Shown: piece by piece, positions 1 to 12,196 of the stretch
Position numbering within the stretch: the stretch's first letter is position 1
Layout: every line of letters begins with the position of its first letter
Source: Callorhinchus milii
Taxonomy: Eukaryota
Direction of reading: 5' to 3'
DNA length: 64,000 nucleotides
Assembly: GCF_018977255.1 (NCBI RefSeq)
Contig: NW_024704742.1
Location: forward strand, 76,944,001 to 77,008,000
Program-made: the position numbers and the translations under genes
The notes under the pieces: model-generated
Told to the model about the DNA's origin: nothing
The model's input: only the letters and a program-made list of their open reading frames with translations
Databases searched by the model: none

Positions 1-70
1 TGGAATAAAATGCACATTGCCTCCCTGGAGAGACATATATGCTGCCATGTTTGGTTAAAATACCCAGTCA

Positions 71-445
71 CTATAATAATAGTAATTGCATTTGATATAA
101 CACCTTATCACATCTTTGAGACGTCTCAAAACATTTCACAGGTTACACTGTGATGTGAATTGCCTGTATATTTTGTGGGCAAATCACGGCAGCCAATTGC
201 GCACAGCAGTTTCCCATAAACCGTTGTGGATTGAATGACCAAATTATTATCATTTTTTTGAAGGGATTATTACCCCCGTAAAGGCAATCTGTCAATCGAC
301 TAATAACTGGGTTCCTATTTACTGCTAGGTAAACAGAGGTGTGTGGAGCAAGGAAACTTGCCCAATGTTTTGCCCTGCCTGGGAATCGAACCCAGGGAAC
401 TCTGCCTGCGAGGTGAGTGCTCCAATCATTAAGGCTACAGGACTA
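71..445 (-). mobile_element. tRNA-derived Deu-domain SINE, long subfamily (SINE2-1_CM-like)
   Basis: On the - strand: tRNA-like head (gtcctgtagc...gggttcgattccc), the ~60 bp gtttacctagcagtaa insert, Deu core (gctgtgcgcaattggctgccg) and an L2-like tail ending in (ATT)n. Family name is from recall. Confidence 0.85.
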
Positions 446-935
446 CACGTAACAGTAACTATTGTAAAGCAAATTGAGGTACTTTGATGTTTGTACACAG
501 TATATCAAATGCAGGATCAATAATGTTATTAATAACTCTGCTAGCTTTCATCTCCTTTGTATGAAATATTCATATGAATTGTACAGCTAAAAATAACTGA
601 TTTTGAATTCAATTGGATACTGACCCTGCTGCAGTGAATATTATTTCATATTTTAATCACTATTTTCCCTTTATCCCAGCCCACAGTGGGTAGGTTTTGT
701 TTTCTCCAGTCAGAGGCAGCTGCAACAAGGCTTATGATTTTGACCCTGGTGATTTCTTCCATGATACACAGTCCTCATCTATAAAGTAACAAGCTACACT
801 CTGCAAACTGCATATTTGTCTTCAAATCCTTCTAGGTCTTGCCTCGTTCTCTCTGTAATCTTCTCCAGCCATACATTCCGATCCATCCCTTTCACTCTTC
901 CCACGCTAGTCTACTGTTTGCTACCCATGACCTTT

Positions 936-1440
936 GATTATAATGATCCTTGCATTTGATACAGTGCCTTATGTCACCATCAAGACATCTCAAAGCGCTT
1001 CAGAGGATTTGCCATAGTGTGTAGTGACTGGGTAAATATAGGCAAATCCAGGAGCCAATTTATGCACAGCAACGTCCCACAAACAGCTATGAAATGAATG
1101 ATCAATTTTATCTGGAGGATTGTTGGCCAGATCACCTGGAGAAACTCCTTTCTCTTTTGGAATATGGGATCTTTTGCATCCAATTGAACTATATGGTTTA
1201 ATATCTCATCTAAACAACAGTCCTGTTCGCCCACAAATATACAGTCAATTCACTTTACAGTGTATTCTGTGAAGCGCTTTGGGACCTCCTCCCGACGTGA
1301 AAAGTGCTATATCAAATGCAAGGATTATTATTATTATTATTAACAGCATAGACTGTGAATTCAAACTCGTGACGTGGTGCTTGAACCCACAACCTTCCTA
1401 CTGAGAGGCGAAAGTCCTACCAACTGAGCCAGACTGACAG
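936..1440 (-). mobile_element. Older DeuSINE (SacSINE1/AmnSINE1-like), interrupted by a + strand young SINE 3' fragment at 1225-1340
   Basis: On the - strand: head ctggctcagttggtag...gttgtgggttcaag, aaagatccca body, Deu core and tail. The inserted piece carries an (ATT)n tail on +. Confidence 0.75.
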
Positions 1441-1898
1441 CTTGTTTTCCATCGGTGACCAAGTTTTCAGCTTCCCTGACCTTGTCATTTTAAATCTCTT
1501 TCCCAAAATCACTTAATCTTTCCGCCTTTCTACTAACTTCAAAAACAAATCCCTGGAACCATGCTGTTGGTCTGGATCTTTAAATCACTGATTTCCCTGC
1601 TCTGTGTCACGGCATCACGACATTTGTCAAGAACTTTGAGGCTTTCATTCAAGTGAATATAAATGAAAGTTATTGTACACTGTATAACTAGTCTTAAACA
1701 GAAAACACTTTAGGTATTCAACACTTTAAACGTACAATTACATTTGTTATGTGTTTATGGTTCCAATTCAGCTTGTGAATATTACGTAATAAAAACAGTG
1801 TCTGATAGCTTCCTTAATATGGAAAATTTACTTAACTGTTCTGTGATGTGGTTCAGTCTATTGCAATAATCCTTTATCCCTGTCTCATTTTTCTTAAG

Positions 1899-1929
1899 GT
1901 TGTGGTTCATAAGCTGTCTTCATATAAAG
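1899..1929 (+). CDS. Candidate internal exon of an unidentified + strand gene (VVVHKLSSYK or LWFISCLHIK)
   Basis: Long pyrimidine tract ending ...ttcttaag| and donor AAG|gtgatt. 31 nt in non-repeat sequence. Splice signals only. Confidence 0.2.
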
Positions 1930-2011
1930 GTGATTGGAAAAAAAAACTTCCTGACTTGATTAACAGGCCCAGCACCTTCAGGGAAAGCTTTTTTTTTTTT
2001 TTGCAACACCA

Positions 2012-2545
2012 ATAACAACTTGTACTTATACAGTGCCCCTCACACATGGTAGGGTCGCGGAGCGCTTAACAGTGGATGAGCTTGATACCGAGCTGAGGAA
2101 GGGGAGGTGACTGTAGGCATGGTCAAAGAGGAAGGTCTTCAGGTATGATCTGAAGACAGGGAAGGAGGAGGCAAGACAGGGGCATTGAGGAATGGAATTC
2201 CATAATTTCGGGGCATAGTGCCTGAAAGCGCGGCTGTTAATAATGGAGTGAAGGGGACAAAGGGACGTTCAGGAAGCCGGAGCCAGCAGAGCGAAGGAGG
2301 CAGGTAGTGGAATGGGGAGTAAACAGATCGGAGATTTAGAGAGGTGCCAGGGCATGAAGTGATTTGTGCACGAGTGTGAGGTCGATCGACCTGAAGTCGA
2401 TCTGTTCTCTAATAGGGAGCCAGTGGAGCCTAATAAGCCCTGGAATGATGGGGGTATTGAGCTTTGTGTAGGTGAGGATATGAGCGGTGCACTATTGAAT
2501 TGATTGGATTTTATGAATGGTGGAGCTGGGGCCACCAGCAAGAAG
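2012..2545 (-). mobile_element. L2 LINE 3' fragment, decayed
   Basis: The - strand has the L2 ORF2 C-terminal LHW-type region, 3' UTR and a (GTT)n-like tail. Confidence 0.8.
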
Positions 2546-4339
2546 GGCAATAATAACCGTTGCATTTGGTATCGTGCCTTGTCATGTCACGATATCTCAA
2601 AGCATTTTACAGAGTAAAACAATGTATTTATAGGCAATCAGCAGCTAATTTGTACCCAGCAGTCTCGCAGACAGCCATGAAATGAAAGGTCATTGTTTTT
2701 ATCTGGAGTAATGTTGACCAGGGCTCTCGGAGAAACTCCCTTCTCTTTTGAATAGTTCCACAGGATCTTTAAAGTCCACTTGTCACCAGTGATAATTGTG
2801 ACGTTGGATATTGCATTTTTCACCCTTTGTTATCATTTCATAACTCACTGTCCTCCTGTAAACAAAATATTCTTAAAACTGATACAACAACTACTTGCAC
2901 TTATATAGTACCCTCCATGCAGGGTAGCATCTTAGAGCGCTGAAAGAATAAAAACTGACGCATTCAACTGAGAATTTTTAATATCTGAATCATAAAGTAT
3001 CATCAATAATTAACTGAAAAAGGCAATGTTTATAGATAACAGCAGAACAATAACATTTTATATCATTTTTGCAACACCTTAATGTTGTTTAGGATTAGAA
3101 TTAATATTAATTAGGAGGGGGTGGATGCATATGTAAAGTATAAACACTAGCACAGCCTAGCTGGACTGAATCGCCTATCTCAGTGCTCTACAGTCTATAT
3201 AGTTCAATGTCATTTTTATTCCTACAGTCGGGCAGTGAAAGAATAAAGACTGATTAAAAAAAGATGCAAACATATTACAATATTCCTTCAGCATATTAAT
3301 ATAACTTGCTGTTAGGATAGGACACTGCTAGATATTTCTCAGAGCAGGCACCACAAACCAACCTCACGTGACTATATAGACTTTGTAGCCTGTCATAGAT
3401 GAAGTGTATATGGAAAAACCTGATGAAAGTGTGAAATAATTATCCAGAGCAGCACTTGTTTCATTTGGGTATTACTATGTGCTCATGTCTCTGTGCTCTG
3501 CCTTTCATCTGGTGACCAGGTGTACAAAGCAGGACATTAGAAAATAGTCTGCTTGGCAGAACTGTGTAAATCATTCATAATTCATACTTTGCTCAAGTAC
3601 AGCATTGTGACTACAGCTGGAGTTGTAGGCTTGATACTATCCCAAGGTTGAATATTTGAGAACTAGTATAAGGGTATAGTGTTTTTTTTGAACCATAGCA
3701 GATATCTACATTCTGTTATTAATAATAATCCTTGTATTTGATATATATTAATTATCATGTTGAATTGTGTCTTCATATCAAGAAGTTTCTTCACAGGATA
3801 TACTATAAAGTGGAATGACTGAGGTATTTTATGCACAAAAACTGTAAATTGGGCAAGTTTTTTACATATCACCAACGGGTTAACCACACCTACACAGTCA
3901 TTATATTTTGGAGTAAGATCCTTCAAGGTGCTTTGAAACATTCCGTTGACTTGATAAAGCATTGTGTCAAATGCCAGGATTATTATCAGCTAATTTAGTC
4001 CTTGCTGTGTTGATCAATGCATGGATGTTACCAATAACCAATCTAAAAGTCTATCCAAGCACATTTCAAATGGAAATTATAATGTGTTAAATACCCTTAA
4101 TAACACATAGGGGTGAATTTCCCAGTATTTCTGGATACAATTAAGCCAGATGAGACCAAAATTCTGTAGATTATAGATCGCTCTCTCTGTGTTTTACATT
4201 ATTATTTTATTAAGGCCGATGCTTTCCTTTTAAAGCTTTGCAAAATTACCTTGCAACCCTCAATTGAGCAGAATAAGAATTGTGTTGTGAGCCTGTCTCA
4301 ATTGATACCATGTTATCTCTAAATTAGAAGGATTGTGTT

Positions 4340-4960
4340 GACCTGGCTCAATTGGTAGCACTCTCACCTCTGAGTCAGAAGATTGTGGGTTCAAGACCAA
4401 CGTCTAGACTTGGAACTCATATAGTCGAATAAAATAACAAATAAGATGTTACAAAAAATGGTCATTCGCTTCATAGTTGTTTGTGGAACATTGCTGTGAG
4501 GAAATTATCTGCTGTGTTCACCCACAAAACACAGTGAATGCACTTCACAGTGTATTCTGTGAAGTACTTTGGGATGTCCTCCCAACTTGATAGGCATTAT
4601 ATCAAATATAAGGATGACTATTATTATTTATTGCTATCATTGTGGGTATCTCATCTATTCTAGGCTGATATTCCAATGAGTGAGTACTGCACTGTTGAAG
4701 GTGCTGTCCTTCAGTCCCATCTGCCTGTTTGGGTACAGTTTATCCCAGGGTCCTGGCCAACAATCTCTTAAATATAAATGAAATCGTCATTCACTTCTTG
4801 CTTGTTTGTGGGACATTTGTGCTATACACAAATTGACTATTCCATTCATTTACAAAATATAGCCATTGCACTTCATAGTATATCCTGTGAAGTGTATTGA
4901 GAGATCCTCCCAACGTGAAAGGCCCAGATCAATTATTGGGATGTTATTATTCCTTGCATT
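4340..4960 (+). mobile_element. Older DeuSINE (SacSINE1-like) with a nested SINE 3' fragment
   Basis: Head ctggctcaattggtagcactctcacctctgagtcagaag; two Deu-core and tail sets. Confidence 0.7.
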
Positions 4961-5284
4961 TGACACAGTACCTTATCATGTTGAAAGTTCTGAAAGTGTT
5001 CCACAGAGTCACTGTGTATTTGTAGGCAAACATAATTCTAGAATATTAACAGACCCTTCCAACCCAGAATATTTAATCCTGAGGTTTTTCGTTCTAAAAT
5101 AGGATACTTCTATTGGGGTTCTTGGCTAGTACAAAACAAGCTGTCTCTGGAGGTACCAGGGTGGCACTCCCTTTGCTTCTCCTCTTGCTATGTGGGATAT
5201 GTGTGGCTTTTGATTGGTATCATCATTCATCATCACTCGTGCTGAGATGAGAGGCTCAGAGAGTTGAGATCTACAGTTGTAGTC

Positions 5285-6071
5285 CTATCACCCCTATTCG
5301 CATCCGTATCCACTGGCTTCCCAACCCCCAGAGGATAGCGTTCAAAATCCTCTTCCTTACCTTCAAAGCTCTCCATGACTCCTGTAGCTCAGTGGTTAGA
5401 GCACTCACCTTGCAAGCAAGAGACCTGGGTTCAATTCCTGACAGGTCGAAACATTGGGCAAGTTTCCTGACTTCACACTCCTAATAATAATCCCGCAAGA
5501 AAAAACAAAACAATAAAATTGGTCACTTTAATCCACGACTGTTTGTGGGACACTGCTGTGTGCAATTGGCTGCCGCGTTTTGCTCACAAATATACAGTAA
5601 ATTCACTTTACAATGTATTCTGTGAAGTGCTTTGAGTCGTCTAGAAGACATGAAAAGCGCTATATCAAATGCAAGGATTATTATTATTATTATTGCTCCT
5701 CCCTGTCTCTGTGATCTGCAAACTCCATACGGACCTGTCCGCTCTCTCCACTCAGCAAATCCATCTGCTCCATGTCCCCTGCCCGGCCCACCCCACCATC
5801 GGCAGTCGGGCCTATAGCCTCTCTGCCGCCACCTTTTGGAACTCTATCACACAGTCCTTTCGGCTCACTTGCTGCCTTGCCTCCTTCAAGGCCCGTCTCA
5901 AGAACCTCTTCTTTGACTGTGTCTTCGGTCACATTCCTACCCATGCCCTTCCTGCCCTCCAACCCTCTTGATCCCAACCCCCAGCTTGGGTTCAAATCCT
6001 TGACTGTCCAGTGCCTTGGAACATCCTCCGGATGTGAGAGGAGCTATACAAATGTAATTTGTTGTTGTTTT
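5285..6071 (+). mobile_element. L2 LINE 3' fragment split by the SINE at 5377-5694
   Basis: ...cactggcttccc...cttcaaagctctccat resumes as gctcctccctgtctctgtgatc after the SINE. Ends tatacaaatgtaatt(tgt)n. Confidence 0.85.
5377..5694 (+). mobile_element. Full-length tRNA-derived Deu-domain SINE, short subfamily
   Basis: A box tagctcagtggtta, B box ggttcaattcc, Deu core, tail stem-loop and (ATT)n. Confidence 0.9.
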
Positions 6072-6424
6072 TGTGAACTCAAATGGCAGCAATGTAGGGC
6101 ACAGCTTGCTGAGTCTTATCATAGAGTATTTCTGCTGTTCTTTTGCCCCAGTCGAATCCACTTTCTGCCGGCCATTTGTAACATTTTCAGTAATTATATG
6201 TGACATTTGAATAGAATGGAAATAGGCTTGTGATTCATGCTAATGATGTACAAAGCACAATAATAAAATGTTTGAAGGACATAGCACTTGGGAAGGGAAA
6301 GAAGAGAGGATGTGAGACACACATCAGTAATTCTGATTTGGAATTTATTGTGCTGAAATATGGAGCAATTATTTTATAGAGCAGTGAAGGGAGTGATCAC
6401 AGCAAGAGCAAAGTGGAAAAATGA

Positions 6425-6675
6425 AACAAAACGTAAAATACTGCAGATGCTGGAAATCTGAAAATAAAAATAGAAGTCGCTAGGAACACTCAGCAGGTCA
6501 GGCAGCATCTATGGAGAAAGGAAAGTGAGTCAACGTTTCGGGTCCACGACGCTTCATCAGACCCTTCGACCATTCTGACGAGGGGTCATGGACCCGAAAT
6601 GTTGACTCACTTTCTTTTCTCCTTAGATTCTGCCTGATCTGCTGAGTGTTCTCAGTGACTTCTGCTTTTGTTTTT
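6425..6675. mobile_element. Palindromic non-autonomous element, Penelope-like-derived, with hammerhead-like cores
   Basis: About 100 bp inverted arms (6462-6561 and 6574-6675) around a 12 nt spacer. Each arm has CTGAnGA-stem-GAAA. Confidence 0.75.
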
Positions 6676-7903
6676 CGAAAGATTAAAAACCTGAGCAAAA
6701 AAATTGCTCTGGCGGCTCTGTTGTTAAATTCACTGCTCAGAGCAGAACCAAGCACAAATAGGCTTGAGACCTGGTTTGCACTGATCCCATCTGAGATGGC
6801 AAAGGGATCTTACGGTGTAGGGAGGAGATATGAGCCAGCACCCCCTGCAAACTATTCATTGTGGAATAGTGAATATGTGTGAATGGCAGATGAGGACGAG
6901 ACTGAAAGGCTAGGTTGCCAACACTCAAATATAATAAATGATAATAATCCGTACATTTGATATAACACCTTTTTACATTGAGAGGACTTCTCAAAGTACT
7001 TCACAAAATTTACTTTAAGGTTCAGTGAATGTGTGTTTTCCGGACGAATGCATAAAGAATTATTTTCTTGGGCGATTTCCAGAACTCCCTGGATGAGCCA
7101 GTGTTTTCAGGAAATGGCAGGAAAAAAAATATAATAGTGGGTGTAAGGGCCAATTACTCCAATTTGGAGTAAGGGCTACAAAGTTGAAAATATGCTGTGC
7201 TGCCGAGGAGAAGGAGAAGGCAATATAGCTGTAAAAACTGGAATGATCTATAACGAAAGAGAAGGGAAAATATTAGGGGTGAATACTGTTAGTCTTTTCC
7301 ATCCAAGTAACAGTGCAAGAGGAACAGTGTCCTGATCCTCTAACATTTGCTGACTCTTCAGCTGGGCTGTGTGATTCGGCCCATTGTGCTTGTGCCTATC
7401 TGAAAGAACCCTTTGTTTCGTCCCTCTCTCTTGCTTTTTCCTCACACCCTTTTATATTTCTCCTTTCCAGAACACAGATTACAACACCAACTTATATTTA
7501 TATAATGCAATTCACATTAGATAACATCTTGGAGTGCTTTCAAAGATGGAGGTCAGACACTAAGTAAAGGAGAGGGGAGAAGAGCGAAGGGGGAGGTGAC
7601 CATAAGCACAGTCAAAAGAGGTAGGTTTTAATGTGGTATTTAAAGTTGTGAGAGGCCATGAGACAGAGGGATAGAAGGATAGAATTCCAAAGGTTAGGGT
7701 CGTATCAAATATCTGATGAACATCCAAATGGACTAAATGGCTAGTTCTTTCAAAGAGCAAGCACAAGAATCGCAACAACAACTTGCATTCATATAGCGCC
7801 CTTCACACTGGATGGCATTTCGGAGCACTTTATGTTCACATCAGCAGACACTGTTTTCTGTGCCTTAAAGTTAAAAACATCCTTTCTGATGTTTTCCTTT
7901 TAC

Positions 7904-7918
7904 TCACTAGATGGCGCA
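7904..7918 (+). promoter_or_regulatory. CTCF-like motif
   Basis: tCACTAGATGGCGCa matches the CTCF core CCACYAGRKGGCRC except at the first base. It lies in unique sequence with CpG retained. Confidence 0.45.
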
Positions 7919-8699
7919 TTTAGCAAGCTAACGGATCAAGTTAGCTTACTATCGTGCTTGTAAGTCGCACTGGAAAAGGTCTGGGTGCACAGCCCTAAAT
8001 TAAATAATTCATGGCGGACTGGATCAAATAAGAAAACACGATAACAATAATCCTTACATTTGATCTAGAGTCTTTCACATCAGGAGGATGTCCCAAAGTA
8101 CTTCACAGGATATAAGGTAAAGTAGTGTGACTGTTTTTTGTGGGCTAATGGAAACAAAAAGTGGGAATCTAATAAATTTGAAAATAAAAAAGTCTGCACT
8201 TTTCAGTATTTTATTCAGTTACTATCATTTAGCAGCTCTCCAGAAACATTTAATAAGTTTCTACCAAAATACTCTTGCAGCGTAATATATTTCTTGTATT
8301 ATAGAAGAAAATTTCAACTGGTGCCCAGGCCAACAATCCTCCAAATACAACTTAATTGTTCACTTTACTGTTTGTGGGACATTGCTTTGCACAAATTGGA
8401 TGTCACATTCACCTACAAAACACATAGTCACTATAGTTTACAATGAATAATGTGAAGTACTTTGAGTCATCCTCCAGACATCAAAAGTGCAATATCAAAT
8501 GCTACGATTATTAACTATTTATTTGGTTGTAAGCAACTATCAGAAAACTAAGCCTGGTGTACTGTTCTGAGTATATAAAAAGATGTAAGTCAGTTGATTG
8601 ATGGAGGCTTTTACCAAATCCAACACCAACAGTATATGAAAATCCATGTGTTACTGTATCACTGGTGCTGGTCTTTCCCTGCATTTATGATATGAGGGT

Positions 8700-8865
8700 A
8701 ATTAATGACTGGAACAGGTTTCCTGGAAGAGTGGCTGAGGTAGGACCCTGCGCTCATTTAGAAAACAGCTTGATGCTGTGATAGGGAAGATGGTAGGCTG
8801 GGTATTCTGGAGGGATGAGATCAGATTGGCTGAAGACCCTTCTTCATCCAAACTAATCCTATGAT
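8700..8865 (+). mobile_element. CR1 LINE 3' remnant
   Basis: tggaacagg...gtggctgagg...tttaagaaaacagcttgat, resembling the CR1 W N..P..VV....F...LD C-terminus, plus a CR1-like tail. Confidence 0.55.
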
Positions 8866-9075
8866 CTTGCGATGAGTGTAACAATAGGCTGAATGGTGTA
8901 CACATATAGAACATAAGGACCTCCTTGACTCGCCATCTAATTCAGAAATTTTCCTTTACTTTGCCCACAAAATAAAATCACTCCATTTTACAATAAATCC
9001 TGTGAAGTGCTTTGAGGATCCTACTGATGAGAAAGGCACTATATCAATGTAACAATTACTATTATTAATATAAAT

Positions 9076-9204
9076 GTTTGCCATTGAGAGCATTGTCTGA
9101 CAAGCTTCCCATTGCTAGTCTGTCTTGGGCCATTCTTTTCATTTGGACTTTGCCTTTCAGGACTAACAGGAGCTGAATAGGAAGAATCCCTGCTCCCAGT
9201 GACT
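9076..9204 (-). repeat. Unclassified old interspersed repeat (family A), copy 1
   Basis: The reverse complement aligns by eye with 22433-22520 and 58492-58620. Confidence 0.7.
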
Positions 9205-9802
9205 GGTATGTCCCAGTCTTGCGAATGAGCCAGGCTGACTGCTCTGTCATTAATAATGACCTGGAGGACTGTAGACCAGTATGGCTCTGAATTGGACTAC
9301 CAAGAATGCAAGACCACCTCAGAGGATTGACTCGAGTTTAGCATTCTGTTGCCAAGCATGTCACCTTGGAATCAGCTCATTTCCAAGCAGACCCTGCTTA
9401 CCTCCCACCACCCACTAAGGATTGCCACTATCACAGAAGAAAGTGCAGCAGAAAACTGATCTGAATCAACATTCCTGACTTGTCAGTCGATCAGCAGACG
9501 TCTAACTCATGTTGGCCTTGTGAAAAAAAGCAGACAACAGCAAGAGACTCATTGAGTGCAGTTGAAAGCAGAAGATGCTAGGTGCTGTGGGTTTAATTGC
9601 TGGGTGTCACCGCCCTTGTTTTGGTGCTTAACAGGATCACAGACTGTGAATGTCAACAGCTGTGCTATGCTTTGCGTGCCAAAGGCAGATGGTACTCTTC
9701 AGTTGAAGCATTGCATGACGGCAGGTTCTGCAGGTACCCAGACCACCAGAGGGTTGGTCCTTTTTATTTCTCTCTCTAACTTCCTCCCTTTCTTTCCTAA
9801 AG

Positions 9803-9866
9803 CTGCTGACGTGCTGAGGTACCATGTGGACACCCTCTGTTATCTCTCTGTGTGTGAGGCCCAACA
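9803..9866 (+). CDS. Candidate exon (ADVLRYHVDTLCYLSVCEAQ), unidentified + strand gene
   Basis: ~40 nt pyrimidine tract with a ctaac branch-like site, ...cctaaag| acceptor and CA|gtgagt donor. Only one fully open frame. Confidence 0.45.
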
Positions 9867-10077
9867 GTGAGTCCCAGGAGGCTATTACTTTGAAGGATGT
9901 AATGGAGAACTTTCACAGCAGCTTTATCAATGGGGGTCAGGGGAGGGGGAAGCTTTACATTTATTACAAATAAGATTACAGCATCAGTAAAATTCAGTTG
10001 GTAGAACTTCTGTGTCTGGGTCACAAGGATGTTGGTTCAAGCCCTCACCTCAACAACACCGACAACTTAAATTTATA

Positions 10078-10490
10078 ACAACAACAACAACAAGATTCCA
10101 TTTATAAAGCGCCTTTCACGTCAGGAGGACGTCCCAAGGCGCTGCACAGTTGGGTCATGACCCGAGCAGGGGGGAAATGGTCAGGGTGAGGGGAGGGGAG
10201 GGAGCGAGGAGGGGGGAAATGGTCAGGGTGAGGGGAGGGATGGAGGGAGCGAGAAGGGGGAAGAGAGTCGAGAGGGGAGCTGAAGGCTCGGTCAAAGAGA
10301 AAGGTTTTGAGACCGGCCTTGAAGGAGGAGAGGGAGGAAGCAAGGCGAAGGCACTGGGGGATAGAGTTCCAGAGCCTCGGGGCTGAGAGGCTGAAGGCCC
10401 GACCACCAATGGTAGGGCGATTGGGGCGGGGGACGTGGAGCAGACCGGAGCCGGAGGAACGGAGGGTACGGGCAGGTAGGTAGTGGTATA
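10078..10490 (-). mobile_element. L2 LINE 3' end with an internal ~42 bp tandem duplication
   Basis: Nearly identical to 24006-24360. (GTT)n tail on -. Confidence 0.9.
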
Positions 10491-10502
10491 CAAAGAGCTC
10501 TA

Positions 10503-12196
10503 TATACAGTTCAGGTCCTACTTCTCACACCATCTCCACTTCATCTCCACAAATGGTTCTCCCCTAGCCCCCATACCATCTCATGCAGTGTTCCTCAGGG
10601 CTCTGTCCTTGGCCCCCTGCTCTTCAACATCTATATGCTCCCTCTTGGTGACATCATCCGCAGACTTGGGTCAATTTCCACATGTATGTGGATGACACCC
10701 AACTCTATCTCTCTGCTTCCACCCTTGACTCCAGGACCACTGCTGTCCTGACAGAATGTCTATCAGACATCAACAACAGCAACAACAAAATTGCATTTAT
10801 ATAGCGCTTTTCACATTGGGATGATGTCCCAATGTGCTGGAGAGACAGAGTTATGGACACGAGCTGAGGAGGTGGGAGGGCAGGGGGAGAAGCAGGAGAT
10901 CGAAAGCATGGTTGAAGAGGAGGGTCTTGAGGTGTGTCATGAAGCTGGTGAGGGAGGGGGTCAGATGGAGGGACCGCGGGATGGAGTTCCAGAGGGTGGG
11001 TGCAGAGTGGCGGAAGGTCTGCCTGCCGATAGTGGGGTGAGCAAGGCGGGGGACATGAAGCAGGCTGGAACTTGCTGAGTGGAGGGAGCGAACAGGATGG
11101 TAGGGGGTTAGGAGGTCTGAGAGGTAGGGGGGAGCAAGACTATTGAGCGCTTTGAAGGTGAGGACCAGGATCTTGAACTGTATCCTCTGTGTGATCGGAA
11201 GCCAGTGGAGTTGGGCAAGGATGGGGGTGATAGGGTCGCGGAGCCTAGTGCGGGAGAGGACACGGACTGCAGAGTTCTGGATGATCTGCAGCCTATAGAG
11301 GGAGGAGTTGGGGAGGTCAGTTTGCATAGTCAAGCCTCGATAATGAAGGCGTGCATGAGGGTTTCGGCGGCCTGCGGTGTGAGACAGTGCCGGAGCCGGG
11401 AGATGTTGTGGAGGTGGGGAAAGACAGAGGGGGTCATGGTGCAGATGTGAGGTAGAAAGGATAGTTGAGCGTCAAACAAGACCAAGACCATCCAAGTCCT
11501 GGATGAGAGCTAACTTTCGTCAGTTGAACGTCAACAAGACTGAGGCTCTCCTGATTGGCTCCTGCCGGCACCTCCAAATCTCAAGCACTGACAGCATCAC
11601 CATCCGTGCTTGCACACTCCACCTCACTAAGCCAGTCTGGAACTTTGGCGTCTTGTTTGACCCTCAACTATCCTTTTCACCCCACATCTGTGAAATGACC
11701 TGCTCTGTCTTCCCCAGCTTCGCAACATCACCCGGCTCAGCCATTGTCTCAAGCCACAGGCCGCCGAAACCTTCATACACGCATTCATAACATCCAGGCT
11801 TGACTATGCAAACTCCCTACTTGTCGGCCTCTCCAACTCCTCCCTCCATAGGCTGCAGATCATCCAGAACTCTGCAGCCCATGTCCTCTCGCACACCGGG
11901 CTCCTCGCCTGACTCCACTGGCTTCCCATCACACAGAGGATACAGTTCAAGATCCTGGTCCTCACTTTCAAAGCCCTCCAAGGCCTCGCTGCCTCCTACC
12001 TCTGCGACCTCTTAATCTTTCAAGACCCATCTCAAGACCCTCCTCTTCAACTGTGCTTTCGATCACCTTCTTTTCCCTCCCTGCCCTCCGCTCTCCCCAG
12101 TCCCGAACCCCAGCTCGGGTCCGAAACACTGACTGTGCAGTGCCTTGGGATGTCCTACCAATGTGAAAGGAGGTATACAAATGTAATTTTGTTGTT
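10503..12196 (+). mobile_element. L2 LINE RT and 3' fragment interrupted by an antisense L2 (10773-11482)
   Basis: [12 protein letters not shown] and [11 protein letters not shown] motifs, then W M..NF.QLN..KTE after the insertion, then an L2 tail. Confidence 0.85.
10773..11482 (-). mobile_element. L2 LINE 3' fragment
   Basis: ORF 10851-11333 reads LQIIQNSAVR...LHWLPI.QRIQFK...APTLWNSIP; (GTT)n tail. Confidence 0.9.
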
